From positions 16,430,001 through 16,494,000 of the forward strand of contig OZ038378.1 in the NCBI GenBank assembly GCA_964036045.1: a stretch of DNA of 64,000 nt, read 5' to 3'. Both the position numbers and the translations under genes were made by a program. Positions 27,545-41,000 of the stretch are shown one piece after another. This DNA comes from Eutreptiella sp. 'Long Island Sound 2002' (lineage: Eukaryota; Protista; Euglenida). Position 1 is the stretch's first letter. Each line of letters begins with the position of its first letter. Under the pieces are notes generated by a model. The model was not told the origin of the DNA. It ran no database searches and saw only the letters and a list, made by a program, of their open reading frames with translations.

Positions 27545-30221
27545 ATGAAGTGTCATCACAATTTCAAACGCCGAAAATTACATGTCCTCAAATAACGTGT
27601 CTATGGTTCTGGGCTGGCAGACCGTGGTCGTGGCCACCTGGTTGGTAGACCCACGTCCTGGCTCACGGCACGTTGACCAGTTTGTTGACCATTCGTCTTT
27701 CTGAGAACCCCCCCCCCCTCCACATGCGTCGAGATCCTGCATCTTCCAATCAAAGGCAATAGGGTCCAAGTAATTAGGTCCCGGCCACCAGGCAGGTAAA
27801 CCAAAGTCCCGGCCACTCGGCCAGTAGACCATGGTCCCGGCCTCCCGATAAACCGAATACTTGCTGGCCTAGTCGTCTTTTGGGCAACCCATACCTTTCC
27901 AGAGCATGGTGTTCTTACTTCCTAGCGTGAAGTTTGTGGCTATCCCAACAATCCCCTGTTGCCAATCATCTCCTTTGCCCCCAACAAAATACTTAACCAC
28001 AGTGCATGGTCATATAGCACCCACAGCGCAATAGTCTGCATGTTTGTTGCAACTTTCCAGTGAATGGTTCTTTCTTCCGCCTTGCCCATCCAGACGGTGG
28101 GAAGTGTGAAATGACGTGCGGGTTTGAGTCTTGGTGGCAGCTTTAGATCCAAACATTATTTTCTAAAATCTAATTGGGGCGGAAACGGTTATGTCTCTTC
28201 CCTAACCTAACCACAGGCTAACTTTGGAGATGTTTGTTAATTTAACACCTGTTATCATTGCTTGGGTATGTGTTACACCCCTAGACCCACCTGGTGTTGA
28301 TGGCCCCCGCCATCATATACGTATGACTCCAACAGGTGCAGTGAGATTTTGTACTCCTAGCTTTCAGGAGATGGGGTGAGTGGCAAAAAGGAGAGTAGCC
28401 GCTGTACATAGTTCATGCTTGATCTTGGGATGGTTGAATTGTGTACATAGGGCTAACCTTGTCGGACTTCAGCTCGCCATGAACGCTACAAAGCCCATGG
28501 TTAGGCCGCTACGGTGTGATTGCCTTCTTCTTTTAAAAAAATAGGGCATGTGCGCCTCATGTGCGCATGCGGTATTGGAGTCAAAAGCTACGTTCCAAGC
28601 TACATGTGTGTATGCTAGTATGGTGTACGTGTCGCTGCTTTTTCGGCCATGCAACCCTATATCTTCACCTCTCGCCTTCATCTTGGTGTGATGTTCTGAC
28701 GGGACTGTTGCGTGTGCCGTTGCACTATTCACTGATTGTTTGCCTCAAATGACCCGCAATAAATACTGTAATCTAAGAATCAATATTCTATCCTGTCACC
28801 AAATGATCCGTCCATCTCAAACACGACAAAAAGATTTCAAGAATCCATCCCAGGGCCAACTACGGGTCCCCTGAGTTTGGACCTGAATCCTCGCCACCGG
28901 TTCAACAAAAACAAAACAATGTTCAGGACCTCGGTCTAAAATCGCATAGCAGAACACATCAAAAGAAAATTCCCCCTTCCCCCTTCATGAAAAATGGTAC
29001 CCATGCCAGCGGGGGCTGGAGGGATCAACGTCAACAAATTCATTGGAGTACAATTTTGTCTCCCAAATTGATGGGTTGACAAAAGCTTGGACATCCAATA
29101 TCACCCATTGGGGAATGACTCGCTCAAAAGAGAGAGAGAGAGGGGGGGGGGGGGCTTGAAAATGGGCCTTTTTGATTCCATTGGGGATTAAAAACACGTT
29201 TTTCCAAAAATTGACCCAAGGCCATTAGGGTCGTAGGAACGAGTGAAATGAGCCCATCTTAAGCCCGTTTTGACCCTCAGAAGACCCAAAATGCCTTGAA
29301 AATGGGCCATCTTCAGAACAAAAAAAAATGCCCTTGATCTAACAACCCCTTCCAGGTGATTTTCTCCCAGACAGATGTCCTGGACAGGTTTATTTGATTC
29401 TCAAGACCCTGAAAGTTCTGTGACATGACATAGACCATGACATGGGCATACATGCACAACACAAAGCAAATATACTAAATACTTACATGTACTGTGTGCT
29501 TCCCTATTACTTCAAGGGACCAATCACACCTCTCGGGACCTGATATGCAAAAGCCAGTGGGAGTGTCCTCTCGCTCTTTGTGGTGTTTTACACTGGCTGC
29601 TCCTCAGACAGCAACCAATTGCTGCGGGAAAAATGTCAATCCTGAACCCACATCAGGGCCCATATTCAGTATGCCTGGCACTGTAATAGCGAACTGCAGG
29701 CCCAAAAGGTATTCCCTGGTCAATGTGAAGATGAAATGCAAGATACGTATCGTGGTATTGGCATCTTTCCGGCCACTTCAAAATTGCAGTGTTCTGTTTG
29801 TGCCATCCCAAAAGCTGGGATGCTTAAAAATGCTTCAAAGGCCTTTCATTCAATAAAATCCCAAAAAACTGCATCACAATGGGCCATCTCCGCCAATCCA
29901 CTGGCGGAACAGGCTGAGCGGACAGCTCAAGCAAAATGTGTGGAAACCCAGGTGCACCACTGGCCCCACAGCCACAGTTTTCAGGTAGCTGCCATGACAT
30001 GACGACCAATCCAATTTCAGACCAGGTCTCCATTCACCAAACACGATGGAGCATATTGTACTCCTTGTTTAAAAGGGAATGAAGGCATAAGAAACCATTT
30101 TTTCATTTTTGAACACTCAATGCCAATCTGTACACGCTCACATGTGCCCAGCCAGCCATATTTTACTGGGCAAAAACCCACTGACCACCACCGTCAAATC
30201 CTGTTGACCTTCACCGGCAAA

Positions 30222-32730
30222 CTAGAGCCCGACACTGGGGAATGCAGCAGATGTGGGATATGTTGCGAGTCTGGGGGACCCCGAATAAGTGGAAGAAATC
30301 GAGTAGGCACCGAGCATGGGAGAGCTAAATGACATGCCTGGATACGATGACATGCCAGAGGTCACTGTTGACATCCCACCAGAGGTCACCGTTGACATCC
30401 CACCAGAGGTCATTGTTGCCATCCCTGTTGGCATGGACATTCCTGAAATCCCCGAAGAGAATGGATAAGGGCTAAGAGATGATGCTCCAGGACTGGTCAA
30501 AGATGCTCCAAGACTGGTCAAAGATGCAGCCGGGCTGGCGCTGATGGCCGGTGTGCTGTTGGAGGTCGATCCAACAGATGCTCTGGGAGATGGCTTGATG
30601 TCCACAACGGGCTCCTGGACAGCACCCTGTACATGAGTAAATGCAACACATGGGCTTCGGGACGTCAGGGACGTCGAGCAGGGAGTATGCATGTTTTCGA
30701 GGAAGGGGACGGGGGGGTTCTCAAGGTGGCTTCCACCCAGCGAGAGCTGAGGACCGACCCCCCAGAGGACACTCATACGGTCCAGGCGGCTTGTCGAAGG
30801 ACGGGTCCAAGAATACACATACTGGAAACCCTTTTTGGAAATGGGCAAAAACAAAAAGTGGGGCTTAACCCACTCAGGGCTGAGAACCCCTGCCGCCCAA
30901 AAAACGATTCAGGATAAATCCGGTGTACCATCACAAGGGTTACCGGTCTCTTAGAATTCTCTGTCGCTTGGTTCTCCACACACAGGAAAAGTCGTGAGAT
31001 GGTTGGGATGGGGTGTGCGTCACCTGTGCTGCTGTCGCCGCTTGTCAATTGTGAAAAAGCCAATGTTTGCTACAAGAGGGGGCGCTCATCATGGCGGTAT
31101 TGCCCCGCCAATGGTGTCTGGTGCCAGCCATCAGGAACAGCCCCAATCGAACAATATTCCTTGCACAGCAGTGAGGGCAATCAGGGTTCCTTTTGCAAGA
31201 TATGTGCCCTGCGCTGTAAAACTCCACGAAAATGATGCCTGAGAATGTTGGTGCCCAAATTGGTGCTGCATATGGTTGCACAATCCTTGTACAATCCTAC
31301 ACGGGTGGTGCATTTGATTGGCATAAACCCCGGAGCGTCTTGGCCTACAAACAGGAAATTACGCCACGTCCCTTGGCAGGTCACTGTTCAACATTTGGTG
31401 CACTGGGTTGTCACCAACAAACGTCCAAGTCTAGGGTGAGGTGTAAGTAGCAAAAGGCTTCATCAAGGGGATCTGTCAGAAACCAATGAATTCGGATGGA
31501 CCACGTTGATTCCAGGAAGGTCGAACAACTCGGGTCGGGACCTACGACCTACGCATACTACGACAGCACCTACCTGGCCCTTCTTCAAGTAATAATCAGC
31601 AATCAATCGGTTGAAGCAATCTGGCTCTCCGGAGGTCTCAGCCAATGCAACCGCAGCCGAGAACAGATCCTGAATAACCTGCAAAATGTCACACGCTTTG
31701 CAGGGGACAAGCGTTCTTCATCCCCCTTCCGTTTCAGGTCAAAGGGCTTCTGCAATAATCCACCAGTATCGAATTTGCAGGACCTTACAGCTAACCAGAG
31801 GCCCCCCCAGGAACGCATGGGGCGACACCCAAGGGATTGACCAAATTGAGTGCAGAGCTGGCATCGGAAGACAAAAGCTGAGCACACTCCGCACTGGCCG
31901 GTAGCAGTGGCACAGAAAACTTTGTAGAACTTCTTCGACGATAGATTGTGGTGGTGAATGAAATGCCAAACACTGCGCGTGTCCAGCGTGAACAGTAAGT
32001 AGACAGGGGTGAGACGTGCAACCCATAATCCGAAGACCCCTTTTCTCCTCCCATCAATCCAGACCTGCTTCAACCTCAATAATACAGCAGTCTCCAAGGG
32101 ACAGGAGTGATTTCTGCCTCACCCCACAACCGCCTACCGGCCCAAAACTCTTCTTGCCGCCAAAATGAGCCCAGGAAAAGCCAGAGCACAGAAAATTAAT
32201 TCGGCCAATGATGCACTGTAGAGTGTAAGCAACCCATTTACTGGGACAATTTTGGCGCTAGCATCCAAGAATCGCAGCTACAGGGATCACACAAAAAGGG
32301 AATGACTTCGAATAACTTCAAATTGCCTTGATGGACATCCCGAATACCCTCGAGGAGCTGCACAGGTCAGCGATGTATTGGAGGAAGCAACGGCCCCACA
32401 AATATTGCTGGGTGCAGGATTGCAAGATAAATGTCAAAGCTGCCCCCTGTTGGTGGATGAGTAAGAAACCTTCATGGTGCCACTCTCATGGTCGATTTGC
32501 ACCTCGACAGATAGCTGCGAATGCTGAGATGGCGGTGGTCCCGAAGGAGTGATTGTGGCTGGCTCTTCAATAACTGCAGAAAGATGTGGCGTGATGTTTT
32601 GTAGCTGACCCAGGAACGTGCATGTTAGAGACCAGATGCGATTTCGCAACGACTTCGCCCCTGTGGCACTCTTGTGGGGCATGGGGCCTCTGACCCCTAA
32701 CCCACAAATGCCAACCCCTGATCCATAGGC
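30222..32730 (-). CDS. Multi-exon gene of unknown function with a Ser/Thr/Gly/Met/Pro low-complexity C-terminal exon
   Basis: Phase-0 exons bounded by YAG/GT: 32604-32503 (LQNITPHLSAVIEEP..LSVE), 32407-32348 (QYLWGRCFLQYIADLCSSSR), 31678-31574 (VIQDLFSAAVALAE..YYLKKGQ), and a terminal exon 30626-30222 (GAVQEPVVDIKP..GGMSTVTSGGMSTVTSG..stop). Internal exons and the 5' end are uncertain. It could instead be a 3' continuation of the upstream kinesin. Confidence 0.6.
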
Positions 32731-33018
32731 CCTGCAATTCTCCAGTCTTGGACTGTTTACTGAACGATTTTCTGCAGACGCAGCACGTCGTTTGAGGGCT
32801 GCAGTCGAGCGGGGAAGGACAGAGAGTACAGCAAATCCTGAGGCAAGAGACTCGCCAAAATTGTCATTGACTAAGAAAAGAGACCGGCAACGAGTCTTAG
32901 CAGGACAGTCGACTGGGCCCTGTACCGGGGTTACAAAGAAGCATCTAAAAGAAAAACTGGACAACGTGCCCACAATATTTTTGGAAAGTCGCGCACAATC
33001 CGCACAACGTCGTCGTCA

Positions 33019-34976
33019 TCAATGCTTTTTCTGAACCACGTCGTTACGACGGACATTTTGTCGCCTGACTGTGAGACCACCTTTCAGAAGGCCCGAACAC
33101 GATTTGGCCAGAAGAGGGGGGTTGATCTCGCATGAAAGCAAACTGTCTGATGAGCTGGAGGAATACAAAGATTCCCGCACTCAATGCAGGTCAAAATACC
33201 TTGTGGCTCACCGGACTTCTTGAGAGCGGACGGGCCCTTCTTTGCCAACCACCTTCCTTGAATCTTGGTGGCAGCTTCGTGCTCCTCCTCAGTACCTGAA
33301 ACACATGACAGTGGCAATAACACAGACAGGAACGAAACATTAGACTTGACTAATGTACGATGAAAAATAGTGAAAGATGAACACCATGCTGCAAAATGGA
33401 GTTGGCAGGTGTGCAGGTTCATGCGGTGGGAGGAAAGCGAGGGGTAAGGGCCACAACGGGAACACTCCAAAGACTGCAAAGTACTGCGCTGGCATGAGAC
33501 ACACAACATCACAAGAAGCAGGTGCTGTCTTTCGATTTGCAACCACATCTCCATTGTGGATTCCGTAGTCCTTAGTCCAAAACTTCCCCCTCCTGAAGAA
33601 CCTGTTCGTGAACCCCACTGCATTCCAGGGGGCAGTGGGTCACTGCACTCCAGAGGGCAGTGGGCGAGGAGGGCACGGAAAGCAAGATCAGCACAAAACC
33701 TGTGATGTCTCCAAGATAGGCCGCCTTGTCTGCCTGTTCCTGCGCCTCCATTGCAGAGTCTGCAAAGGTGACGCTGCCACCATCCACCGTTGGTGCACTC
33801 TTCATCAACTGGATCACATCATCTGAGGTGCTAACTTCCATGCCTGATAGGGGACAGTCAATGGGCCAGGGAACTCAACACGCAGCAGAAAATTATTGCA
33901 GCAGAAAATCATTGCAATGCAACACAACGAGAGTGCTCCTCTGCCTGAACCTCAACTGGTCGGCTGCCAAGCAAATTCTATTGCCTTCGGCAAGTTCACC
34001 TCGCAGAGAATCCGTCCTGAGCAACGAACCTCCAATTGGCCGATTTTGTAATCATCCAACCAACCAATCAGCATCATGGCACCCGATTCCCATTGTCACC
34101 CAATGATCACCCAACAACAGCCCAAGTCCCCCCCCCCCTCTGACCCCCTTTAAAAAAGTGGGTTTCAAGGTGGGGGTGCGGGGGGGTGGGGGGACGGGGG
34201 TCCCGACCAAAAACTCATTGGGGGATGCGTTTATTGGACAAAGGGTTCAACCAACAATTCAACCCCTCAGTAGGGTATGCAAATAGGCCCAAAAGAGGGT
34301 GAGGGGGGGGATGTTGCATTTTCCCATATATGCGGGCTTGCCTGGCTTTGACCTAACAACCTCTGCGAGGTGATTAGCCAACAAGCCAACAAGAACCAAC
34401 AGCCGGGACTGGGTTGTGCCACATGGCTCCCCTTGGGTTTGTACTCCAATTGTCACCAAACAACCACATCACCCCTAGAGGTTGTTGGAGATCACCTAGA
34501 AATCTTGATTTTTCAGTCAACCCATGCCGGCCAAATCCTCACCGGTGTGGCCCCATACAGGGGCCAATCTAGGAAACTTGGAGATAGCACCCGGAACCCC
34601 TATCTTTGATTTTGACCCCTCCAGCCCCCTGTACCCGGGTGCCACTTTTTGGGAGGATGATTTTCAGCCGACGCACGCCAACTTGCAAACTCCTCAGCGG
34701 CAAGAGCCCACAGGGGGGCCAACCAGGGGTACCCAGAGTTTGGATTCAAGACCCCCTCCATTGGTTCGAGGGTCCATGCATCGGAAAAAAAATTCAGGAC
34801 GAAATTGACACACAGCATCCACAATACGCAACAAATTTTTGAACCCCCCCCCCCTGTACTACCCCCTCGCTCAACCCGTCACACAGCGTCCAGGACTTTG
34901 CCCCCCCTGTACTGAGCTGCACGACGAGACAAGAAAACACCTGAGGTGCTGCAGGCCAGCCCTAGACGTCTTTGTT

Positions 34977-35046
<70 letters not shown>

Positions 35047-38000
35047 TTCATTACGACGAAAACAGAGGTGCCAAAAAAGAACAAATCTCGCTCCAGAACA
35101 GATGCTCCAGAGTACAGGGGACACACACACACACACAGGACAACCCCTGCAACTGTTACACATTGTCATGTGGATGACAGAGGTGCACTCGTCGAAGTGT
35201 TTTTTTGCCACGTCCATGGTATGCAGTGAGCACTGCACAAGGAAAAATGTTACAGCACATGCAAGGTGGACACACCATCACCAGCGGTGAAACTCCCGCT
35301 GCCACCGCTGGCCATGCTTTCTTGCCGCTTCAGATTCTGGAGAGAATATGGAATCACAAATGCGGAGCATGGCCATCAAACTAAAAGCACGACCAGACCC
35401 TCCACGCCTGCCTGGAAGACGCTTTGCCCAGCCATGCAAAACACAACAGATGGGGCATGGCTGGTGCACCCCTGCCCGCAGGCATAGAGCAAAGGTGCTG
35501 TGGAGAATCACGGGTGGGTAAAAATGATTGAGGTGAGGTGCCTTTGATGCAGGGGCTGCTATGGGACACAGCACTGCCGAGCACCAAAAATGTGCAAACA
35601 CTCTGAACATATGACAAGCCTGTCTGATCACATCAACTAGTTAGAGCTCATCCAAAACCACTAGCTGCTCTCCCTGCCCTCCCTCCCTGAGGGGACCCAT
35701 CTTCTGATATTGTGTTGAGGCTTGCAGAAGATTATGCACCATTTCTGGCCATACACGTTAGAAAAACGTGGGCAGCGGGGTTGAGCTAGTATGTACCGCG
35801 ATCCTCCTTTCTCAACGCCTCAGGGGCCAGGATGCATTTGGTAAAGAAACACTGTTTGTTCCAATCACAGATCGGATCAGATGCTTCAGAAAACAAAAGC
35901 TGTGCTTGAGGTTGACAAACATGTACAGACTGTGCGCGGGCCCCTGCAAAAAAGATCCAGGGTACCCTGTTTCTCGGCTTCTTCATTTGATGACTGCCCC
36001 CTGCCCGTCCCAACACCCTCTTTCGAAACGGGTTCACATTCCCAGGCTTGAGGGCATCGGATACGTTCCCCAAGGCAGAATGCGTTCAGTTGCCTTGGCG
36101 GCCTTGCTCAGGCACTTCCACAAGATGTGTGCAAGATGGTGACGACAGCCCCGAACGGCCTTCGCAGACATGGAGAAATTCTCCTGATACATACCGACAT
36201 GGAACGATGTGCCACCATCTTCTTTGCACGGCTCCCAATAACTTTCAAACGCACAGCAAACCTGAAAGAATTGTTGACAAACTGGTGGTGCTGGGACTCC
36301 GCACGGAATGGGCGGTGGGGGGGGGGGGGGGTCCTGGTTTGGGTCAAGTTTTTGTGCTGATCATCAGAATCCTCACAAAACGAATGGCCTATTTGGCCCA
36401 CGAAGAAACCTGTTAGGCCTGATTACTATCCAGATTGCACATGAACAAGCCCCTGCTGACTGGAAAGCGGAAATCACAAAAGCAGGTCCCGAGGAACACG
36501 GACAAACATCTTTCAATCCATGAACTCAGGATTTGGAAAACCTTGCACTCGAGGCGGAGAATCATCACATCACATCACATCAAACCGGCTGGAGAGCCAC
36601 AGTGGCATCCATTTCATCAAGCGTGGTAAATATCCCATACTTCATCATGGCCCTGCCTTGCTCCTCCTTGAATTGCTCATTCACATGCAAACGATGTTCT
36701 TGCTCACGAATCTCCAGCTGTCTCTCTTCGTATGCGTGTTCGGCCTTCAACTTTCTAATCTTCACTTCATCGGCTCCAGAGCTGATCATTTCCTGCAGCT
36801 CCTCAGCTTGCTGCGCCTTAAGAATTTGCAATTCCTGAAGAAGAGAAAACGGCGACCACAGAGAAAGGGAGGGGGAAACGTGGACTTGCATCGCAACGAT
36901 GATGTCCGCCCTCTGCACCTGCATTGAAAACACAACTTGACAACCACCCTCCGAACCATGCACACCTTGGTAAAATTCGTTTCATCTCTCCTCTGACGGC
37001 GTGCAAACTTGAGGTTGATGCGCTCCAGTGCATTCTGCGCACTGTCATCTCCGCCTTCGTTCTCCATGTCGTCGTCGCCGCCGCCGTCATCCTCAACTGC
37101 AGTCGCTCCCATCTGTGGCAACAAAATCCAATTCCAGAATTCCAGGTCCGGAACTACGAAAAAGGGGTGGGGCTCCAGAGCCGAAGACCATCCACCTGGC
37201 TGAAAACCCACCAACCTAGAGCACCTGCCACCCCCTTACAACCAAATTCTTGTAAACCAGGCCTGGTGACGACACACGGCCAGAACAATGCCTGTCCAGG
37301 GCAGAAATACCTCACCTACTAACCCAGATTGCTGACAAGGATGACCCAACCTTCAACGTTGACAGGAGAACTGACGGAGTGTACACTGCTGCACTCAGGC
37401 ACAACTGTAGCACACCTGTGACATGGCTTCCAACACAGCGGACTCATCAGCGATTTCAATTTTTCCGTAGGCAGTTTCGAATCTGATGAAACGAACGTGG
37501 AGGCAGGGCAGCAAGCACTTCTGCAGACAGCCATTGTCTCTTCGCACTTGGGGACTGGCCTTCTGTTCCGATTCTTCATATTCAGCTGCCGCCCTGTCTT
37601 AGGGTGGTTCAAGCCCACTAGCTGGCAATGCGACCAACAATTTCTCATCTGTCAACAGATGTACCTCCACATGGTCCTCTATGTTCGCCACAGGGACCAC
37701 ATCGTCAATTAGTTCAACCTCTGGTTCTGAGTCCGAGACTGAAGCAACAGAGGAGGCATCACTATCAGACACTTGAAGGCTGCAGGAAACAATGGCAGGG
37801 GGGGGGGGGGGGTTTAATGGCATGGGATTCCACCGTGTTCTGTTTGTGTTGCCTGGTGGTGTTTGGGTGAGGGCACAATGAATGGACCCAAAAAAATGAT
37901 TTGAGTACCTGTGTTCAGACATCATGACAAATGTATATGCTGGATGGGTCAATGTGGTGCATTTTTGCAATTCCTAGTCGATACGGTTCATTTTGGCAGG

Positions 38001-41000
38001 GGGGGGGGGGCCTGGACCCCCTCCCTGCCTCCCCTGGACCCCCTCCCCCCCTCCCATCCGCTCAAGCAACGCCCTGGGGGGGGGGGGGGGATTTGGTTGG
38101 CCAAAAGCCGCCACTGTGCGTTTCGTTCCGCATGGACCCCCTAACCAATGGCGGGGGTCTCGGGTGCTATCTCCGTTCTTCCAAGATCAGCCCCCCTATC
38201 GGGCCCCACTGGTGGGACCGTTTTGAGGTTGACATGGGTTGGCTGAAAATCACGATTTTGGGGTGACCTCTGACGACCTCTGGGAACCCTTGGCCCGTTG
38301 TTGATCATTTGGTGACAATGGAAGGTATAAAGGTATATCGAGCACCAACTAGGCCCTCTTCGTGGTGCTTGTTGGCCCCAAAAGCGCATACATATTTCAA
38401 TGTTTCATTGTAGTTTGTTCTAGAGGTAGACATTCTGGTCTTGATCTAGTGAGGGCCACTCTTGCCGTCGGGGCCAAGTCCGTGTAACCTCCGAAGTGCT
38501 TGGATAGGGCCGCCCACCCATTGGCGGGGCCAAATCTGAGCCCCCGGGGCCTGCGTACGAGGTTTGTGCTCTGATCTCCTTTGTGCGCCTCTGTCAGCTC
38601 CGTGTGCTTGGGCGTCGTGCTGCCCTATGCTATTCTAATTTGCGTTGCGCTGCGCTGTGCTGTGCTGCACCCCTCCAGATTGGCGGCCATGGCTACACAG
38701 ACCAGGTCCCACACCCCTTCAGAGGCCTAGTCGTGGTGCTCTCCGAAGCGCTTGGATGCCATTGCACACCCGTAAGCGGGGCAGTGTCCATGCCCCCGGG
38801 GCCCACCAATGAGATTTGCACGCCAATGTTGTTTGAGCGCCTTTGTCAGATCTACGTGCCTGGGCGTTGTACTGAACCCCTCAACGCCTCCGGGAGGCTG
38901 CCGTGATTAAGCGCGCTATGCGATCAATGGGCAGCAATCTGCCCGGTTGTGAGACTAGGATGTTCTCTCCTAGTAGGTCCCCCTCTATGTGCACAACCGG
39001 TTGCCACTCTCCATGTGTGTAGCACACCCCATGTGGGTGGCAGCTACACTGCGGGGTATACGCACCAACGGCCACGATGCGCACCTGGACCACCGGCATC
39101 GTGAGCCCTCCCCCCGAAAAAATGGCACCAGGCGATGGAGGGGGGGGGGGGTCAGAATCGAAAATTGATTCATTCAAATCTGTTTGGGGATCGACAATCT
39201 TGTCTGGCAAAATGATGAGTTTACATGCGGGGTAAAACATCGGATATCTTAAATGGCAATATGCTATGCAAACACCCCCAGAAACAGGGCCTGCACTTGA
39301 TCTAGCAACCCTCTTCGAGGTGATATCCTTCAACGGAACCCAACCTCGCAGCCTGAACGCCCAGTTCCGCTCTCACATCAGCACTGGTAGTGACAAGAAA
39401 CCAACACACCGTTTCAATTCCTTCGGGTGCGTCTTTTTCATCCATGAAGCCAGGTTCATGGTGGTTTGTTGAGCTGCAGTAAGCTTCTGCTGCAAAACTT
39501 GACAGTAAGCCTTGAAATCATGGATAACCCCAATTGTGGCTTTGACCTGAAAAGCATCACGCAAGCTTTTCAAACTCGAGGCATCTGTCAGCAGTTGCGT
39601 TTGGGCTGGACCAACCAGCGCAAGGAATGCCAAGAAAAGACTGCGAGCATACACAACAGACGAGGCTTCAACGGCGGGCACACCACCCGAAAAGGGTGTT
39701 TTATTTGTGCGACGACGTGCTGAGGGTGCAGCAATTCTCCTTCAGCATGCCCTTTCACAGCAGCCAAATGAAAAGATCTCGCACATCCTGAAAATGAGCT
39801 GAACCAACCCCCTGAGCAGAGCCGTCTGCGGATTGGCAACCACCCGCAACTGGCCCCGGACTAAATCCGCCCTTTCACATACATACGCACGCAAACGCAC
39901 ACGCACACGCACACGCACACGCACATACACACACACTTCGTGAGGGAAACAGATGAACCAACGACCAGATGCCCAGTGTGGATGATACGGAGCACAGCAG
40001 GGCACGGTCACGGAGCAAAGGTCTCCCAACACCTCGTCAGGCCAATCAAAACAAAGACAGAAGAAACATTGTTCGAGGCTAGGCGCCTTTCGAAAAACTA
40101 GACACTCAGAAACAACAAACACACACACACACACACAGAACACCTGGCACTGTATTGTCCTAAGTTGGTACAGGATTTGCGCTTTCCTGGGCAACAGAAA
40201 TGATTTTCTTTTCCAGGAAACTGCAAGAACTAGTCTGTTTCAAATATGCGTCAAACCGACGTTCTTCCATAATTCCATAATATGACAACGTGACGGCACA
40301 CACCTCAACGCTCATTGCACTCTTCCCGAAGTGCAACGTATTGTATGTCTGCTGTTTGTAATCCAAGCCAGGACTGACGGTGATAATAACGGAGGACTCA
40401 CACTGCATGGACGATGAGGAGCACATGGCAGCAGTGCAGTATCACTGGAAATGGCGTAAATGGAACCTCTCTCAACTCACGAACGCCATCTCAGGCAATG
40501 GAGCAACGACATAAGCCAGCTTCGACCAAGCACATCAACGGAACTATCCTGCTTAGCAAGCACAACACCTTGTGACCAAGGGCGTCCTTCAACATCAGGC
40601 ACAGGTTGTACTCACGATACGGAATACGCTTCTGCAAAAATGATGCGAGTTGTGCTGCTTTACAGCGGAACGAGCCTGAACACTCCAACAAACATCGATG
40701 CATAGTTCCGCTGCACCCCGGTGACTGCCATTGGGGCTGAGTTGTAGTACCGGTTGGCTTACTCCACCCCTTAGTGTTCCTCCCATGCCGGCGCGAGCCT
40801 GTGTCACATTCAATCGTTCCCACCACACTGAAATTTGGAGGGTGCACTGTGAATAACCATACAGAGAGGCCAACGTACCTCTCCACGTGCAAGAGCAGTC
40901 ATGACACGATTCAGACCCAGCAGCGTCTCATTGATGTGACGGGTCTCTTGCATCAACTCATTGCTTCCCTGCCCAATCAGAGCAGCTTGCTCGTACCTGT

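Noticed and set aside
31000-32100. Possible tyrosine recombinase (NILRHHF, RSCKFDTG motifs in minus-strand ORFs)
   Set aside because: The motifs lie in different short frames. The region is better explained by phase-consistent spliced exons with clear GT/AG boundaries in other frames.
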